Counted from the stretch's first letter, positions 10,718 to 22,490 are shown. The stretch: DNA of 64,000 nucleotides from Gammaproteobacteria bacterium (GCA_033852155.1 JAWSVA010000010.1:65412-129411); one strand, 5' to 3'. The notes: a model not told the origin generated them from the letters alone. Program-made: numbers and translations.

Positions 10718-13700
10718 GCATCAAAAATAACAATCCATATAATCCAATTAATTGGATGGCGAGCAACAAGGTTGCCTCAAACCTGTTAATGATTCTATGC
10801 CTGGCAGGCGGCCTTTTTGTATTCACGCAAACTACTCAAGAGGTCTTTCCCGACTTTGAGCTTGATACCGTTTCAATAAGCGTGCCCTACCCCGGAGCCA
10901 GTCCAGAAGAGGTTGAAAAAAGTGTGGTGCTTGCTCTGGAAGATGCCATAAATGAGATTGATGGGATTGGAGAGGTATCATCGGTTGCTTCTGAAGGTGG
11001 AGCCCATGTCAGAATAGAGGTTATAAAAAGCGATGAGCGGATGCGTGTGGCGCAAGATGTTAAAAGCGCCGTCGATCGTATCAGCTCATTCCCGGATGAC
11101 ACCGAAGACCCAGTTGTAACTGTTGATAGCAGGAGGCGTGAAGTGATGCGCCTTGTCCTTTACGGTGATGCATCTGAAATTACTCTGCGTGAAGCTGCTG
11201 ACACCGTTAAAGATCATCTTTCACAGAATTCTGAGATTGGCCCTGTCGACTTGGTTGCAGCAAAAAATCTTGAGATCAAAATCAATATTTCACAGTACGA
11301 ATTGCGCCGCCTAGGCCTGTCGTTAAATGATATCTCAAATAAATTAAAGCAGATCGCAGTAGAGATCCCTGGCGGCACCCTGGAAACGAAATCTGGCGAC
11401 CTACTCCTGCGACTCAGCGAGCGCCGCGAAAATGCACAGGATTTTGCCAACATCCCTATCGCCGTAGCAGCTAATGGCTCTCAGTTACTACTCAAGGATA
11501 TTGCCACAATTGAGTTTGGGCTTGAAGACTCGAATAAACAGACTCTTTTTAATGGCAAGCAAGCAATAGCAATTGAGGTATATCGTATCGGAGATCAAAC
11601 TCCGGTAGGTGTTTCTGATGCCGTTAAAGGTGAGATTCCTAAGCTGAACAGCGCACTGCCAGGCAATCTGACTCTTGAAATTAGAAACGATCGTTCACGC
11701 ATATTTAAACAGCGTGCCGACCTACTCCTGAAAAATGGATATTGGGGTCTTGGATTAGTTATCCTGTTCCTGGCTCTGTTTTTGGAACTTAGAATTGCGT
11801 TTTGGGTGAGCATGGGGATACCCATCTCATTTGCCGGCGCATTTTTAATATTCCCAGCAACTGATTTCTCTATAAACGTTGTCTCTATGTTTGCATTTAT
11901 CATATCACTGGGCATCGTCGTTGATGACGCTATAGTGGTGGGGGAAAATATCTATTCGTATCGTGAAAAGGGATATTCCGCCCTTGATGCTGCGATTACG
12001 GGCTCCAGAGAAGTTGCCTGGCCAATAATTTTCAGTGTTTTAACCAATATAGTCGCATTTATTCCGCTCTATTTTATTCCTGGAATCCTAGGTAAGATTT
12101 TTCAGGTTATACCGCTCGTGGTTATCTGTGTATTTAGTATCTCGCTAATCGAATGCCTGTTGATTCTCCCCTCCCACCTGCGCCTGAAAAGTCTGGTCAA
12201 AAAACATGACCATGGCTTGCTTGCTACCCTGATTCGATTCCAAACCTGGTTTAACAAACGCTTTGAGAATTTTGTCGAAAGTCACTACAAAGGGTTCTTA
12301 ACCGGCGTCATCAATAATCGTTATGGTGTGGTAATCATAGCCGTTTCTATATTAATAATGGCCTATGCATACGCATTTAGTGGCCGCATGGGGATGGTGC
12401 CATTCCCTCGAGTAGAATCTGACTATGCCTACTCTAAGGTCACCCTGCCACTAGGATCGCCAGAGGACGATATCCAAAAAATTCAGCAACAGATTTTAGA
12501 TGGCGCACAAAGACTTATCGCCAAATACCCAAAAGATGGCTTATCAACCGGAATTTATTCAGTAATAGATGAGAACTCTATCGAGGCGCGCATGTATCTA
12601 TTACCAGCCGAAGAGAGACTGATAAGTACAACAGAAACCACCAAACTATGGCGCAAACAGACAGGTAAATTATTGGGGGTTGAAACATCCAGTTTTGTTT
12701 CCAACCGTGGTGGACCTGGGTCAGGATCATCACTGACAGTTGAACTTAGTCACCGTGACAATGCGACTCTTACTGCAGCCGGAGAAGCACTAGCGCAAAA
12801 ACTAGCAGAATTCCCCAATGCCAATGATATAGATGATGGAACAGCCAATGGTAAACGCCAGTTCGACTTCAAAGTAAGTCAATATGGCTATGCACTTGGA
12901 TTAAACGCGCAGAGCATTGCATCACAGATACGTGCCTCATTTTATGGATTAGAGGCCTTTAAGCAACAACAAGGAATCAACGAGGTAACTATTCGTCTGC
13001 GATTACCTGAAGGTGAGAGAGAATCAGAACACGATCTGAATAACCTAATTATCAAGACCGCATCAGGGCAGGAAGTTCTACTTAAAGATGTAGTTACCAT
13101 CACCGAAGGTCGTGCTTATACACAAATCAAACGCCGCAATGGCAGACGCACTATTCAGGTACAAGCAGATATTGAACCACCTTCACAAACCAATCGCATT
13201 GTTGAAGCGATAATGGCAGATACCCTGCCGGAATTGCAGCAACGCTATCAGGGACTAAGCTACTCATTTGAGGGAAGACAAGCAGAGATCCGCGATAGCA
13301 TACAATCTTTGATCTATGGTCTAATAACCGTGTTATTAGTTATCTATGCCCTCATCGCTATTTTATTTGGCAGCTACACCCAACCGTTAATGGTGATGAT
13401 TGCGATTCCATTTAGCGCAATTGGCGCCGTGATTGGCCACCTAGTTATGGGCTACTCATTAAGCCTTATGAGTCTGTTTGGATTACTGGCACTTACCGGT
13501 GTTGTTGTTAATGATTCGATAGTTCTAATCGAATTTGCCAACCGCAGCCGCCACAAAGATACAGAGTTATTGGAATCATTATTGATAGCATCTGTACGCC
13601 GTTTCCGCCCCATCATCCTAACCACCATGACCACCTTTGTTGGTTTGGCCCCAATGATCTTCGAGACCTCAAGACAAGCTAGATTTTTGATTCCGATGGC

Positions 13701-13833
13701 TTTATCACTGGGATTTGGAATCCTATTTGCTACGATGATTACCCTGATATTGATCCCAGCGCTTTATATGATAATTGAGGATATTAAGGGGTTGTTTGTT
13801 GGGGGTGAGAGGCAGGAAGTTGTTGGGGAGTAA
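10714..13833 (+). CDS. RND family efflux transporter permease (AcrB/AcrD/AcrF-like)
   Basis: 1039 aa with 12-TM RND topology and two large periplasmic loops. Conserved TM4/TM10 region motifs (GIVVDDAIVVGENI, VVNDSIVLIEF). Confidence 0.88.
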   Translation: MSIKNNNPYNPINWMASNKVASNLLMILCLAGGLFVFTQTTQEVFPDFELDTVSISVPYPGASPEEVEKSVVLALEDAINEIDGIGEVSSVASEGGAHVRIEVIKSDERMRVAQDVKSAVDRISSFPDDTEDPVVTVDSRRREVMRLVLYGDASEITLREAADTVKDHLSQNSEIGPVDLVAAKNLEIKINISQYELRRLGLSLNDISNKLKQIAVEIPGGTLETKSGDLLLRLSERRENAQDFANIPIAVAANGSQLLLKDIATIEFGLEDSNKQTLFNGKQAIAIEVYRIGDQTPVGVSDAVKGEIPKLNSALPGNLTLEIRNDRSRIFKQRADLLLKNGYWGLGLVILFLALFLELRIAFWVSMGIPISFAGAFLIFPATDFSINVVSMFAFIISLGIVVDDAIVVGENIYSYREKGYSALDAAITGSREVAWPIIFSVLTNIVAFIPLYFIPGILGKIFQVIPLVVICVFSISLIECLLILPSHLRLKSLVKKHDHGLLATLIRFQTWFNKRFENFVESHYKGFLTGVINNRYGVVIIAVSILIMAYAYAFSGRMGMVPFPRVESDYAYSKVTLPLGSPEDDIQKIQQQILDGAQRLIAKYPKDGLSTGIYSVIDENSIEARMYLLPAEERLISTTETTKLWRKQTGKLLGVETSSFVSNRGGPGSGSSLTVELSHRDNATLTAAGEALAQKLAEFPNANDIDDGTANGKRQFDFKVSQYGYALGLNAQSIASQIRASFYGLEAFKQQQGINEVTIRLRLPEGERESEHDLNNLIIKTASGQEVLLKDVVTITEGRAYTQIKRRNGRRTIQVQADIEPPSQTNRIVEAIMADTLPELQQRYQGLSYSFEGRQAEIRDSIQSLIYGLITVLLVIYALIAILFGSYTQPLMVMIAIPFSAIGAVIGHLVMGYSLSLMSLFGLLALTGVVVNDSIVLIEFANRSRHKDTELLESLLIASVRRFRPIILTTMTTFVGLAPMIFETSRQARFLIPMALSLGFGILFATMITLILIPALYMIIEDIKGLFVGGERQEVVGE

Positions 13834-13842
13834 ACATTAGTA

Positions 13843-13872
13843 GGGTGCTTCGCTTATTGACAACCTACAAAA
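13843..13872. repeat. partial copy of the intergenic repeat family seen in the eCIS operon (GCTTCGCTTATTGACAaCCTACA module)
   Basis: gggtgcttcgcttattgacaacctacaaaag closely matches ggtgcaatgcgcttcgcttattgacaccctacatttt at 56612-56648. Confidence 0.5.
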
Positions 13873-13938
13873 GCATAATATGACAAAGATGCATCATGGC
13901 AATATTACATCATTGCAAACTCACTAATTCTTGAATGT

Positions 13939-13969
13939 AAAAAAGCCCTGGAAAATTTCCAGGGCTTTT
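13939..13969. terminator. bidirectional rho-independent terminator between the RND permease (+) and the PEP-CTERM gene (-)
   Basis: Perfect palindrome AAAAGCCCTGGAAA/ATTTCCAGGGCTTTT with A/T runs on both sides, sitting between convergent genes. Confidence 0.65.
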
Positions 13970-13997
13970 GAATATAACAAGCTTTTTTACTATGCGA

Positions 13998-14630
13998 TTA
14001 CTTTCTTTTTCTTAAAAAAGACAATCCCAAAAAAGCAAAACCAAATAGTGCAATTACACTTGGCTCAGGAACTGAGTAAGCTGTTACTGACTCAAAAGAG
14101 ATGTCATCCCAAGTTGTGTAATCTGAAACAGAAGTAACATTGATACGTGAAATCTCACCAATACCTGACACACCCAGATCTTCAAAAGAAGAAGTATTTG
14201 CAACTTCAGCTAATACGTTTCCATCAACATCATATGCTAAAAGAGTAGATAGGCCTGGAGCTGAATCACCAATATTAACTGAAAATGCAGTTGTGAAAGC
14301 TTGGTTTAATGAATCATAAGGATCTACAAAGATAAAATCGATAGATGCTGTAGTATCACCACAACCACTAAAAGAGTTACCTTGTCCAATAGCGCCATAC
14401 AAATGGAAAGGACCAGAACCAGGACCACAGTTACCAACACTTGCAGCCATGTTATGCTCTACATCCCAAAACAATATGCCCTGAGAAGCAAATTGGTCAG
14501 TCAAGTTCTGCTGACCAGATGTAGGTACATAATCAGCTTGTGCTGAATCAAAATTGATAGTGATTGGTGTAGCATTTACTATTGTCGATAACAATACAGC
14601 GGATAAACCCATAATTACTTTTCTTAACAT
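13998..14630 (-). CDS. secreted PEP-CTERM sorting-domain protein
   Basis: 210 aa with an N-terminal signal peptide. The C-terminus is VPEPSVIALFGFAFLGLSFLRKRK, i.e. a PEP motif, a hydrophobic helix and a basic tail (exosortase sorting signal). Confidence 0.7.
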   Translation of the reverse strand: MLRKVIMGLSAVLLSTIVNATPITINFDSAQADYVPTSGQQNLTDQFASQGILFWDVEHNMAASVGNCGPGSGPFHLYGAIGQGNSFSGCGDTTASIDFIFVDPYDSLNQAFTTAFSVNIGDSAPGLSTLLAYDVDGNVLAEVANTSSFEDLGVSGIGEISRINVTSVSDYTTWDDISFESVTAYSVPEPSVIALFGFAFLGLSFLRKRK

Positions 14631-14827
14631 TACTGATAACTCCTACTCATTAAATTACAATGAAGCAATATAAGCAAATTGCATACCACTTATCATACAA
14701 CACTGTTTTTATGCGATTTTATTAAATCCTTTAGGTATCAACAAGTAAAAACTGTAAAGAAACATGACACTAACATATGCTACCCATTTTTCACTAACAA
14801 TAAATGCTAACAAATTAGAACAATAGA

Positions 14828-15649
<822 letters not shown>

Positions 15650-15673
15650 TTATATGGTGCACTTAAATCAATG

Positions 15674-15709
15674 GGATCAGAGTCAATTTAAACAACGACT
15701 CTGTTCCCG
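15674..15709. terminator. hairpin between dnaJ and dapB (GGGAtCAGAGTC...GACTCTGtTCCC)
   Basis: 12-bp stem with one mismatch and an 11-nt loop. It shares the CAGAGTCAAT..GACTCTG core with the hairpin at 40390-40420. Confidence 0.4.
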
Positions 15710-15736
15710 CTGATTTTACAATTGATTTTTATAAAC

Positions 15737-16876
15737 TCAATTCTTTACAGTATCAAAAAACTTTTTAACCTTATCCATCCATGAAGATGACTGTGGGTTG
15801 TGCTTACTATTACCTTTAAAGCTATCTTCAAACTTCTTCAACAGATCTTTTTGATCGCGGGTTAACCTTACTGGGGTTTCGATAATTACACGACACATAA
15901 GATCACCTTTAATGCCACCACGAACTGGTTTTACACCTTTGCCTCGAACGCGGAAGATCTTACCGCTTTGAGTTTCTGCGGGGATTGCTAGTTTAACCCT
16001 GCCATCTATGCACGGTACTTCTAGCTCACCACCTAATGCTGCGGTTGTGAATGAAATTGGAACTTCACAGTATAAATTACTATCTTCACGCTCAAAAATT
16101 GAGTGGTCTTTAACTACTACTTGGACGAATAGATCACCAGCTGGTCCACCATGCTTGCCTGGCTCACCTTCACCACCTAGCCTGATTCTATCACCATTAT
16201 CAACACCTTCTGGTACTTTTACAGAAAGAGTTTTAGATTCTTTTACCTGTCCTGTTCCACGGCATGTACGACATGGATCTTTGATTACCTTACCGCTACC
16301 ATGGCATCTTGGGCATGATTGTTGAATTGTGAAGAAACCTTGAGAAACTCTGACTTCACCAGATCCACCACATGTTGGACAGCTCTCTGCATGGGTACCC
16401 TCTTTGGCACCACTTCCATGACAGCTTTTACAGTTAACATTTGCGGTATAGTTTATCTTTTTCTCACATCCGAGAACCGCTTCTTCAAGATTTAGCTCAA
16501 GCACGTAACGTAAATCTGCTCCACGCTGCACATGACTTTGCTGCGATCTTCCGCGACCACCACCGCCACCGCCACCAAAGATATCTCCGAATACGTCACC
16601 GAATATATCATGGAAGTTTCCACCACCTTGTCCGCCTCCGCCCATTGATTGATCTACACCTGCATGTCCAAATTGATCATAGGCTTGACGCTTTTCACCA
16701 CTAGAGAGAATTTCATAGGCTTCTTTCGCCTCTTTAAACTTCTCTTCGGCATTTGCTTCACCAGAATTTCTGTCTGGATGATACTTCATCGCTAGACGAC
16801 GGTAGGCCTTTTTAATTTCAGCCTCGTTTGCATTTTTCTGGACACCTAGTGTTTCGTAAAAATCTCTTTTGGACAT
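15737..16876 (-). CDS. dnaJ: chaperone DnaJ
   Basis: J-domain (HPD motif: KYHPDRN), a Gly/Phe-rich region, four CxxCxGxG zinc-finger repeats and a C-terminal domain. Confidence 0.96.
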   Translation of the reverse strand: MSKRDFYETLGVQKNANEAEIKKAYRRLAMKYHPDRNSGEANAEEKFKEAKEAYEILSSGEKRQAYDQFGHAGVDQSMGGGGQGGGNFHDIFGDVFGDIFGGGGGGGRGRSQQSHVQRGADLRYVLELNLEEAVLGCEKKINYTANVNCKSCHGSGAKEGTHAESCPTCGGSGEVRVSQGFFTIQQSCPRCHGSGKVIKDPCRTCRGTGQVKESKTLSVKVPEGVDNGDRIRLGGEGEPGKHGGPAGDLFVQVVVKDHSIFEREDSNLYCEVPISFTTAALGGELEVPCIDGRVKLAIPAETQSGKIFRVRGKGVKPVRGGIKGDLMCRVIIETPVRLTRDQKDLLKKFEDSFKGNSKHNPQSSSWMDKVKKFFDTVKN

Positions 16877-16961
16877 CAGTTATCGCTCATTTTAAATGTA
16901 TTAAGGACGTAGCTGTTTTTAACAACTACGTCCTGTATTTTTTCAGATATTTTCAGCTAAA

Positions 16962-18890
16962 TTAGTCTTTCTTAACTTCTTCAAATTCAGCATCAACAAT
17001 ATCATCATCAGAAGCGTTAGTACTTTGTGCTTGCTCAGCACCAGCTGCACCTTCTGCTCCAGCCTGTGCCTGCTGTTCAGCATATACACGTTCTGCAAGC
17101 TTGCCTGAAGCTTCAGTCAGCTTTGTGGTTTTCTCTTCAATCTCTTCTTTGTTATCGCCATCTTTAACGGCTTTAAGCTCTTCCATAGCTGCTTCGATGT
17201 TTTTCTTCTCTTCATCTTCAACTTTGTCTTTCATCTCTTCTAGAGCTTTTTCAGTAGCATGAATCATCGCGTCAGCTTGGTTTCTTGCAGATACTAGCTC
17301 TTGGAATGCCTTATCTTCTTCAGCATGAGCTTCAGCATCCTTAACCATTTTTTCTACTTCTTCATCTGACAAACCACTGCTGGCTTTGATGATGATAGAT
17401 TGCTCTTTACCAGTTGCTTTATCTTTAGCAGATACATTCAAGATACCATTTGCATCGATATCAAATGCAACCTCAATTTGAGGAATGCCACGTGGAGCTG
17501 GTGGGATATCTGAAAGATCAAAACGACCAAGTGATTTATTTGCAGCAGCTATTTCACGCTCACCTTGAATCACATGGATTGTTACAGCTGTTTGGTTATT
17601 ATCTGCAGTTGAAAACACCTGCTCTGCTTTACTTGGAATAGTTGTGTTCTTCTCAATCAGTTTGGTCATTACACCGCCCTGAGTTTCAATACCAAGTGAA
17701 AGAGGAGTTACATCTAGAAGCAATACGTCTTTTACGTCACCACCAAGTACGCCACCTTGAATTGAAGCACCAATTGCTACTGCTTCGTCAGGGTTAACAT
17801 CTTTACGAGGATCTTTACCAAAGAAGTCTTTAACAACTTCTTGAACTTTAGGCATACGTGTTTGACCACCAACTAGGATTACATCGTCGATTTCAGTAAT
17901 TTTAAGACCAGCATCTTTAAGAGCGATCTTACATGGCTCCATTGTTCTTTGAACCAGGTCACCAACTAGAGACTCAAGCTTAGCGCGAGTTAGCTTTAAA
18001 TTAAGATGTTTTGGACCACTTGCATCAGCAGTGATGTAAGGAAGGTTTACATCTGTTTGTTGTGTAGATGAAAGTTCAATCTTAGCTTTCTCTGCAGCTT
18101 CTTTTAATCGTTGTAGAGCTAGAGGGTCATTGGTTACATCCATACCGCTGGACTTTTTGAATTCAGATACAAGATAATCAATTACAGCCTTATCAAAATC
18201 CTCACCACCTAGGAATGTATCACCATTTGTAGCTAGTACTTCAAACTGGTGCTCACCATCGATCTCTGCAATCTCAATGATTGATACGTCGAATGTACCA
18301 CCGCCAAGGTCAAATACTGCTACGACCTTATCACCTTTCTCTTTATCCATACCATATGCAAGTGCTGCTGCAGTTGGCTCATTGATAATTCTTTTTACTT
18401 CAAGACCAGCAATCTTACCTGCATCTTTAGTTGCTTGACGCTGTGAGTCATTAAAGTAGGCAGGTACTGTAATTACTGCTTCTGTAACTTCTTCACCAAG
18501 ATACTCTTCAGCTGTTCTTTTCATCTTTTGCAGTACGCGAGCCGATACCTCTGGTGGCGCCATTTTTTCGCCATGAGCTTCAACCCATGCATCACCGTTG
18601 TCAGCTTTTACGATTTTGTATGGAACAAGATCCATATCTTTTTGTACAACTTTCTCATCAAAGCTTCGGCCGATAAGTCTTTTTACCGCAAACAATGTAT
18701 TCTGTGGGTTTGTAACTCCCTGACGCTTAGCTGGCTGACCTACAAGAACCTCTCCATCTTCAGAAAAAGCTACAATTGAAGGGGTTGTACGATCACCTTC
18801 ACTATTCTCAATAACTTTGTAGTTCTTACCGTCCATGATAGCTACACAAGAGTTTGTAGTTCCTAAATCAATTCCAATAATTTTACCCAT
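16962..18890 (-). CDS. dnaK: chaperone DnaK (Hsp70)
   Basis: Canonical Hsp70 ([20 protein letters not shown]). The ORF track starts 4 codons early ([10 protein letters not shown]); the true start is the MGKIIG Met at 18890, preceded by GGAG. Confidence 0.96.
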   Translation of the reverse strand: MGKIIGIDLGTTNSCVAIMDGKNYKVIENSEGDRTTPSIVAFSEDGEVLVGQPAKRQGVTNPQNTLFAVKRLIGRSFDEKVVQKDMDLVPYKIVKADNGDAWVEAHGEKMAPPEVSARVLQKMKRTAEEYLGEEVTEAVITVPAYFNDSQRQATKDAGKIAGLEVKRIINEPTAAALAYGMDKEKGDKVVAVFDLGGGTFDVSIIEIAEIDGEHQFEVLATNGDTFLGGEDFDKAVIDYLVSEFKKSSGMDVTNDPLALQRLKEAAEKAKIELSSTQQTDVNLPYITADASGPKHLNLKLTRAKLESLVGDLVQRTMEPCKIALKDAGLKITEIDDVILVGGQTRMPKVQEVVKDFFGKDPRKDVNPDEAVAIGASIQGGVLGGDVKDVLLLDVTPLSLGIETQGGVMTKLIEKNTTIPSKAEQVFSTADNNQTAVTIHVIQGEREIAAANKSLGRFDLSDIPPAPRGIPQIEVAFDIDANGILNVSAKDKATGKEQSIIIKASSGLSDEEVEKMVKDAEAHAEEDKAFQELVSARNQADAMIHATEKALEEMKDKVEDEEKKNIEAAMEELKAVKDGDNKEEIEEKTTKLTEASGKLAERVYAEQQAQAGAEGAAGAEQAQSTNASDDDIVDAEFEEVKKD

Positions 18891-18943
18891 TTTAATCTCC
18901 AAACCTTTAATTCAAAATTCTGTTAATTTTTCAGTTACTTTAG

Positions 18944-18972
18944 ATATGGGGGTCACATTTAACTTTTCAACC
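18944..18972 (-). promoter_or_regulatory. sigma32-type heat-shock promoter candidate for dnaK
   Basis: Minus strand reads gTTGAAA-13 nt-CCCCATATcTA, against the consensus CTTGAAA-N13-15-CCCCATnT. It lies 50-80 nt upstream of the dnaK start. Confidence 0.55.
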
Positions 18973-19006
18973 CCGCAAATCTGTATAATTTGCGCTTATT
19001 TACGTA

Positions 19007-19654
19007 TCAAGCGGTTTCATCTATCGATGGCTGCTCATCTTTTTGCAGACCTGGGCCATTAGACACCACGACCAGTGCTGGCTTAACAACACGCTCGTTG
19101 AGAAGGTAGCCTTTTTGCACAACGGTCATCACCATGTTTGCTTCATATTCTGGTGATGGCAGCATACTTATCGCTTCGTGAAATGTAGGATTGAATTTCT
19201 CACCCACCGGATTAAGCTCTACGATCTTGAACTTATCAAACATTGAACCAAACATTTTCAATGTAAGCTCAGTTCCCTCTTTGATCTTGGCGATATCAGC
19301 ATTTTCTTCATGAGATGCCGCATATCCTAGATCCATACTTTCTTTAATCGGTAAAAGTTCTGCCACAAATTTATCAATTGCATATTTATGCGCAGATTCA
19401 ACATCTCTAGATGCTCTTTTACGCACATTTTCAATATCTGCCTGTGAACGCAAATATAGGTTCCAGTTTTCATCAGCTTTGGCTTTTAGTTCTTCAACCT
19501 GCTGTTTAAGCTGATCTACTTCGTTAAGCTCTTCGGCTGTTTCAGTTGCCTCAGTTGCCTCAGTTGCCTCAGCCTGATCTTGCTCAGTCACATCTTCATT
19601 TGTTTCAGTAAGATCATTCTCTTCTTTTGACATTTGTGTCTCCACTTCTTGCAT
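19007..19654 (-). CDS. grpE: nucleotide exchange factor GrpE
   Basis: 215 aa with an acidic N-terminus plus the GrpE coiled-coil and beta-domain (RKRASRD...YAIDKF). Confidence 0.9.
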   Translation of the reverse strand: MQEVETQMSKEENDLTETNEDVTEQDQAEATEATEATETAEELNEVDQLKQQVEELKAKADENWNLYLRSQADIENVRKRASRDVESAHKYAIDKFVAELLPIKESMDLGYAASHEENADIAKIKEGTELTLKMFGSMFDKFKIVELNPVGEKFNPTFHEAISMLPSPEYEANMVMTVVQKGYLLNERVVKPALVVVSNGPGLQKDEQPSIDETA

Positions 19655-19718
19655 TTCTAATTGGCTAACTTGCAGTAAAAATCTCTGCTTATACCAGTAC
19701 TAAATTTCTGTTATTTAC

Positions 19719-19750
19719 TAGTTGGGGACAGGAAAATAGAATTCAAGGGG
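19719..19750 (-). promoter_or_regulatory. sigma32-type promoter candidate for grpE
   Basis: Minus strand reads cCCCTTGAA-14 nt-CCCCAaCTA upstream of grpE, in the region divergent from nadK. Confidence 0.4.
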
Positions 19751-19904
19751 AAGGTTATAAAAATTTAGCAAAAAACATTTCTATAAAAAACAATTGATGG
19801 GCTGATTAAGATGGAGTTATCATCAACTGTTATCTTTTTAAATTATTATTTGTTAATTACCACCATTGAGACAAAGTCTCTTCTACAAGGTATTTGAATT
19901 ATTT

Positions 19905-20783
19905 ATGTCACATAGATTCAACCGTATTGGAATTGTCGGGAAACCTACTTCAACAAGAGCTGCAAAGACCGTTGATAGAATTGCTGATTTTCTTCAACAA
20001 CGATCTATTGAAGTGATGGTAGATTGTGAATTAAATCTCTGTAAATCATGCGGAGGTAAGACATATGACCTGGAAGATATAGGAAAGAACTGCGATTTAA
20101 TCATAGTAGTTGGTGGTGATGGCACCTTATTAGGAGTTGCTCGCTCTCTGGTTGATTTAGAAAAGCCTATATTAGGTGTTAATCGAGGTCGTCTTGGGTT
20201 TTTGGTTGATGTGTCTCCTGAAGATCTTTTTGAAATTGATGAAATTCTTTCCGGTAATTATGTGTCTGATATGCGCATGTTACTTGACGTTAAGGTGATG
20301 AAGGGTGATGAAGTTATCTCATCCTCTCGCGCCTTAAACGATGCTGTCCTTTATAAGTGGAATACACCTCGCATGATTGAGTTTGATATCCATATTGATG
20401 GAAAACTACTCAATAGCCATAGATCTGATGGGTTAATTATTTCAACCCCAACGGGATCTACCGCTTACGCTCTTTCAGGTGGAGGACCAATTGTCCACCC
20501 TAGCATGGAATCAATGCTTTTAGTCCCTATCTGCCCTCACACACTATCTAATCGCCCGTTTATGATTGGTTCCAACAGTAAGATAGAGATAACTTTAAGG
20601 GGGGGTTCGGTTAATCACTCTCGTATTAGTTGTGATGGGCAATTAGACCTGCTTTTGGAAGATGATGTTAAAATCGTCATCACTAAAGAAGAGAAAAAGT
20701 TACACCTTCTTCATCCAAGTCATCATGACTTTTTTGAAATTCTAAGAGCTAAACTACGTTGGGGTGACCCATCTCTTGGCTAG
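19905..20783 (+). CDS. nadK: NAD(+) kinase
   Basis: GGDGTLL motif, an NGDG-region equivalent and a DGxxxSTPTGSTAYSxSAGGP motif. The ORF track starts at a TTG (19866); the first ATG (MSHRFNRIGIVGK) at 19905 matches the NadK N-terminus. Confidence 0.9.
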   Translation: MSHRFNRIGIVGKPTSTRAAKTVDRIADFLQQRSIEVMVDCELNLCKSCGGKTYDLEDIGKNCDLIIVVGGDGTLLGVARSLVDLEKPILGVNRGRLGFLVDVSPEDLFEIDEILSGNYVSDMRMLLDVKVMKGDEVISSSRALNDAVLYKWNTPRMIEFDIHIDGKLLNSHRSDGLIISTPTGSTAYALSGGGPIVHPSMESMLLVPICPHTLSNRPFMIGSNSKIEITLRGGSVNHSRISCDGQLDLLLEDDVKIVITKEEKKLHLLHPSHHDFFEILRAKLRWGDPSLG

Positions 20784-20813
20784 TTACGTGTTTTTACTCC
20801 ATCAAGGATTACG

Positions 20814-22490
20814 ATGATAACTCAGATTTTTATCCGCAACTTTGCCATTGTTGAACAACTAGAGCTGGACTTTATCCATGGCATGACTGCTTTTACCGGT
20901 GAAACTGGTGCTGGTAAGTCCATTCTACTTGATGCTATCGGCCTGATTTTAGGTGATAGATCTAATTCTGATACTGTTCGACATGGTACGGATAAAGCTG
21001 AAATAGTTTGTAGCTTTGATATATCAAATATAAAGCCTGCTCAAAAATGGCTTAATGAAAATGATCTTTTATTGGATGAAAATGATTGTTCAATAAGGCG
21101 CATCGTAAGTTGCGAAGGACGATCTAAAAGCTACATAAATGGCTCCCCCGCTCCGCTACAATCATTAAAGCAACTTGGGGAGATGTTGGTAGACATTCAT
21201 GGACAACATGAGCATCAATCCCTTACAAAGAAAGATACTCAGCGTGATATCCTCGATGAATATTCAAAAAACAAGCCTCTACTGCAGGAGGTTTCTAAAA
21301 TATTCGCTGAGTATTCAGCGGTTAAGAATGAGCTAGAAGCTCTTAAAAACAATAATAAAACAGCTCTTGAGCGCATTGATTTTCTTTGCTTTCAAACCAA
21401 TGAATTAGAATCTTTGGGGCTGATAGAAAATGAATACAAAAAGCTATCTGAAGAACATAGAATTCTTGCTAATGCAGGCAATATCTCCTCAATTGGCCGG
21501 CAAGTTTCGCAGTTATTGAGTGAAAACGAACAATTTAATGTAAATGATGTATTAGGCCAGTCACTATCTCTAATTGATTCTATGGGGATAAAAGATGAAA
21601 GACTAGGCACTATAACTGAGCTTCTTCGTTCTGCACAAATTCAGATTGACGAAGGCTATAACGAATTAACATCTTATATAGACAATATAGATCTAGACCC
21701 AAGCAGACTTGTTTTTGTTGAAGACCGTATTGCTGCAATAATCGATGTAGCGCGCAAGCACCACTGCGAACCAACCGAATTACTAACTAAATTTGATAGT
21801 TTAAAAAGCGAATTATCATCTTTAGAAAATGCTGAACATATTACAGAAGGCCTAGAAAAACAGCTTGCTACTTTAAAACTAACATACCAAGAAAAAGCCA
21901 ATAAGTTGTCAATTAAACGCTCTAAAGGTGCAAAAGAGTTAAGCAAAAAAATATCGACATCGATGGATGAACTTGGAATGACGGGTGGAATATTCGAGAT
22001 AAGTATCTCCAATAATGCTACGGAAGAACCACTTAAATTCGGTATCGATAAAATTGAATATTTAGTTTCCGCGAACAAAGGTCAGCCGCTTAAGGCTCTA
22101 GCTAAAATCGCATCCGGTGGTGAGCTATCTCGCATCAGCCTTGCCCTTCAAGTTGCAGCAGCAAATAGCATTAAAATTCCAACTATGATTTTTGATGAGG
22201 TTGATACTGGCATTGGTGGTGGGATTGCGCAGGTAGTTGGTAATAAGTTACGCCAACTATCTAGCGGTAGACAGGTGTTTTGCGTTACGCACTTACCACA
22301 AGTAGCTTCTAGTGCACATAATCATCTAAAAGTTGAAAAAAGTGTCAGTGGTGGGGTTACAAAAACCAGCATAAATTCTCTTAAAACTACACTTAGAGTT
22401 GATGAAATTGCACGGATGTTGGGTGGGATAACGATTACAGAAAATACTTTAAATCATGCGAAAGAGATGATTGAACATGCAGGGGTTTAA
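20814..22490 (+). CDS. recN: DNA repair protein RecN
   Basis: 558 aa with an N-terminal Walker A (GETGAGKS), a long coiled coil, and the C-terminal SMC-like signature and Walker B. Confidence 0.92.
   Translation: MITQIFIRNFAIVEQLELDFIHGMTAFTGETGAGKSILLDAIGLILGDRSNSDTVRHGTDKAEIVCSFDISNIKPAQKWLNENDLLLDENDCSIRRIVSCEGRSKSYINGSPAPLQSLKQLGEMLVDIHGQHEHQSLTKKDTQRDILDEYSKNKPLLQEVSKIFAEYSAVKNELEALKNNNKTALERIDFLCFQTNELESLGLIENEYKKLSEEHRILANAGNISSIGRQVSQLLSENEQFNVNDVLGQSLSLIDSMGIKDERLGTITELLRSAQIQIDEGYNELTSYIDNIDLDPSRLVFVEDRIAAIIDVARKHHCEPTELLTKFDSLKSELSSLENAEHITEGLEKQLATLKLTYQEKANKLSIKRSKGAKELSKKISTSMDELGMTGGIFEISISNNATEEPLKFGIDKIEYLVSANKGQPLKALAKIASGGELSRISLALQVAAANSIKIPTMIFDEVDTGIGGGIAQVVGNKLRQLSSGRQVFCVTHLPQVASSAHNHLKVEKSVSGGVTKTSINSLKTTLRVDEIARMLGGITITENTLNHAKEMIEHAGV

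Noticed and set aside
19866-19904. Extended N-terminus of nadK from a TTG start
   Set aside because: The first ATG at 19905 yields the canonical NadK N-terminus (MSHRFNRIGIVGK). The upstream extension has no homology support.
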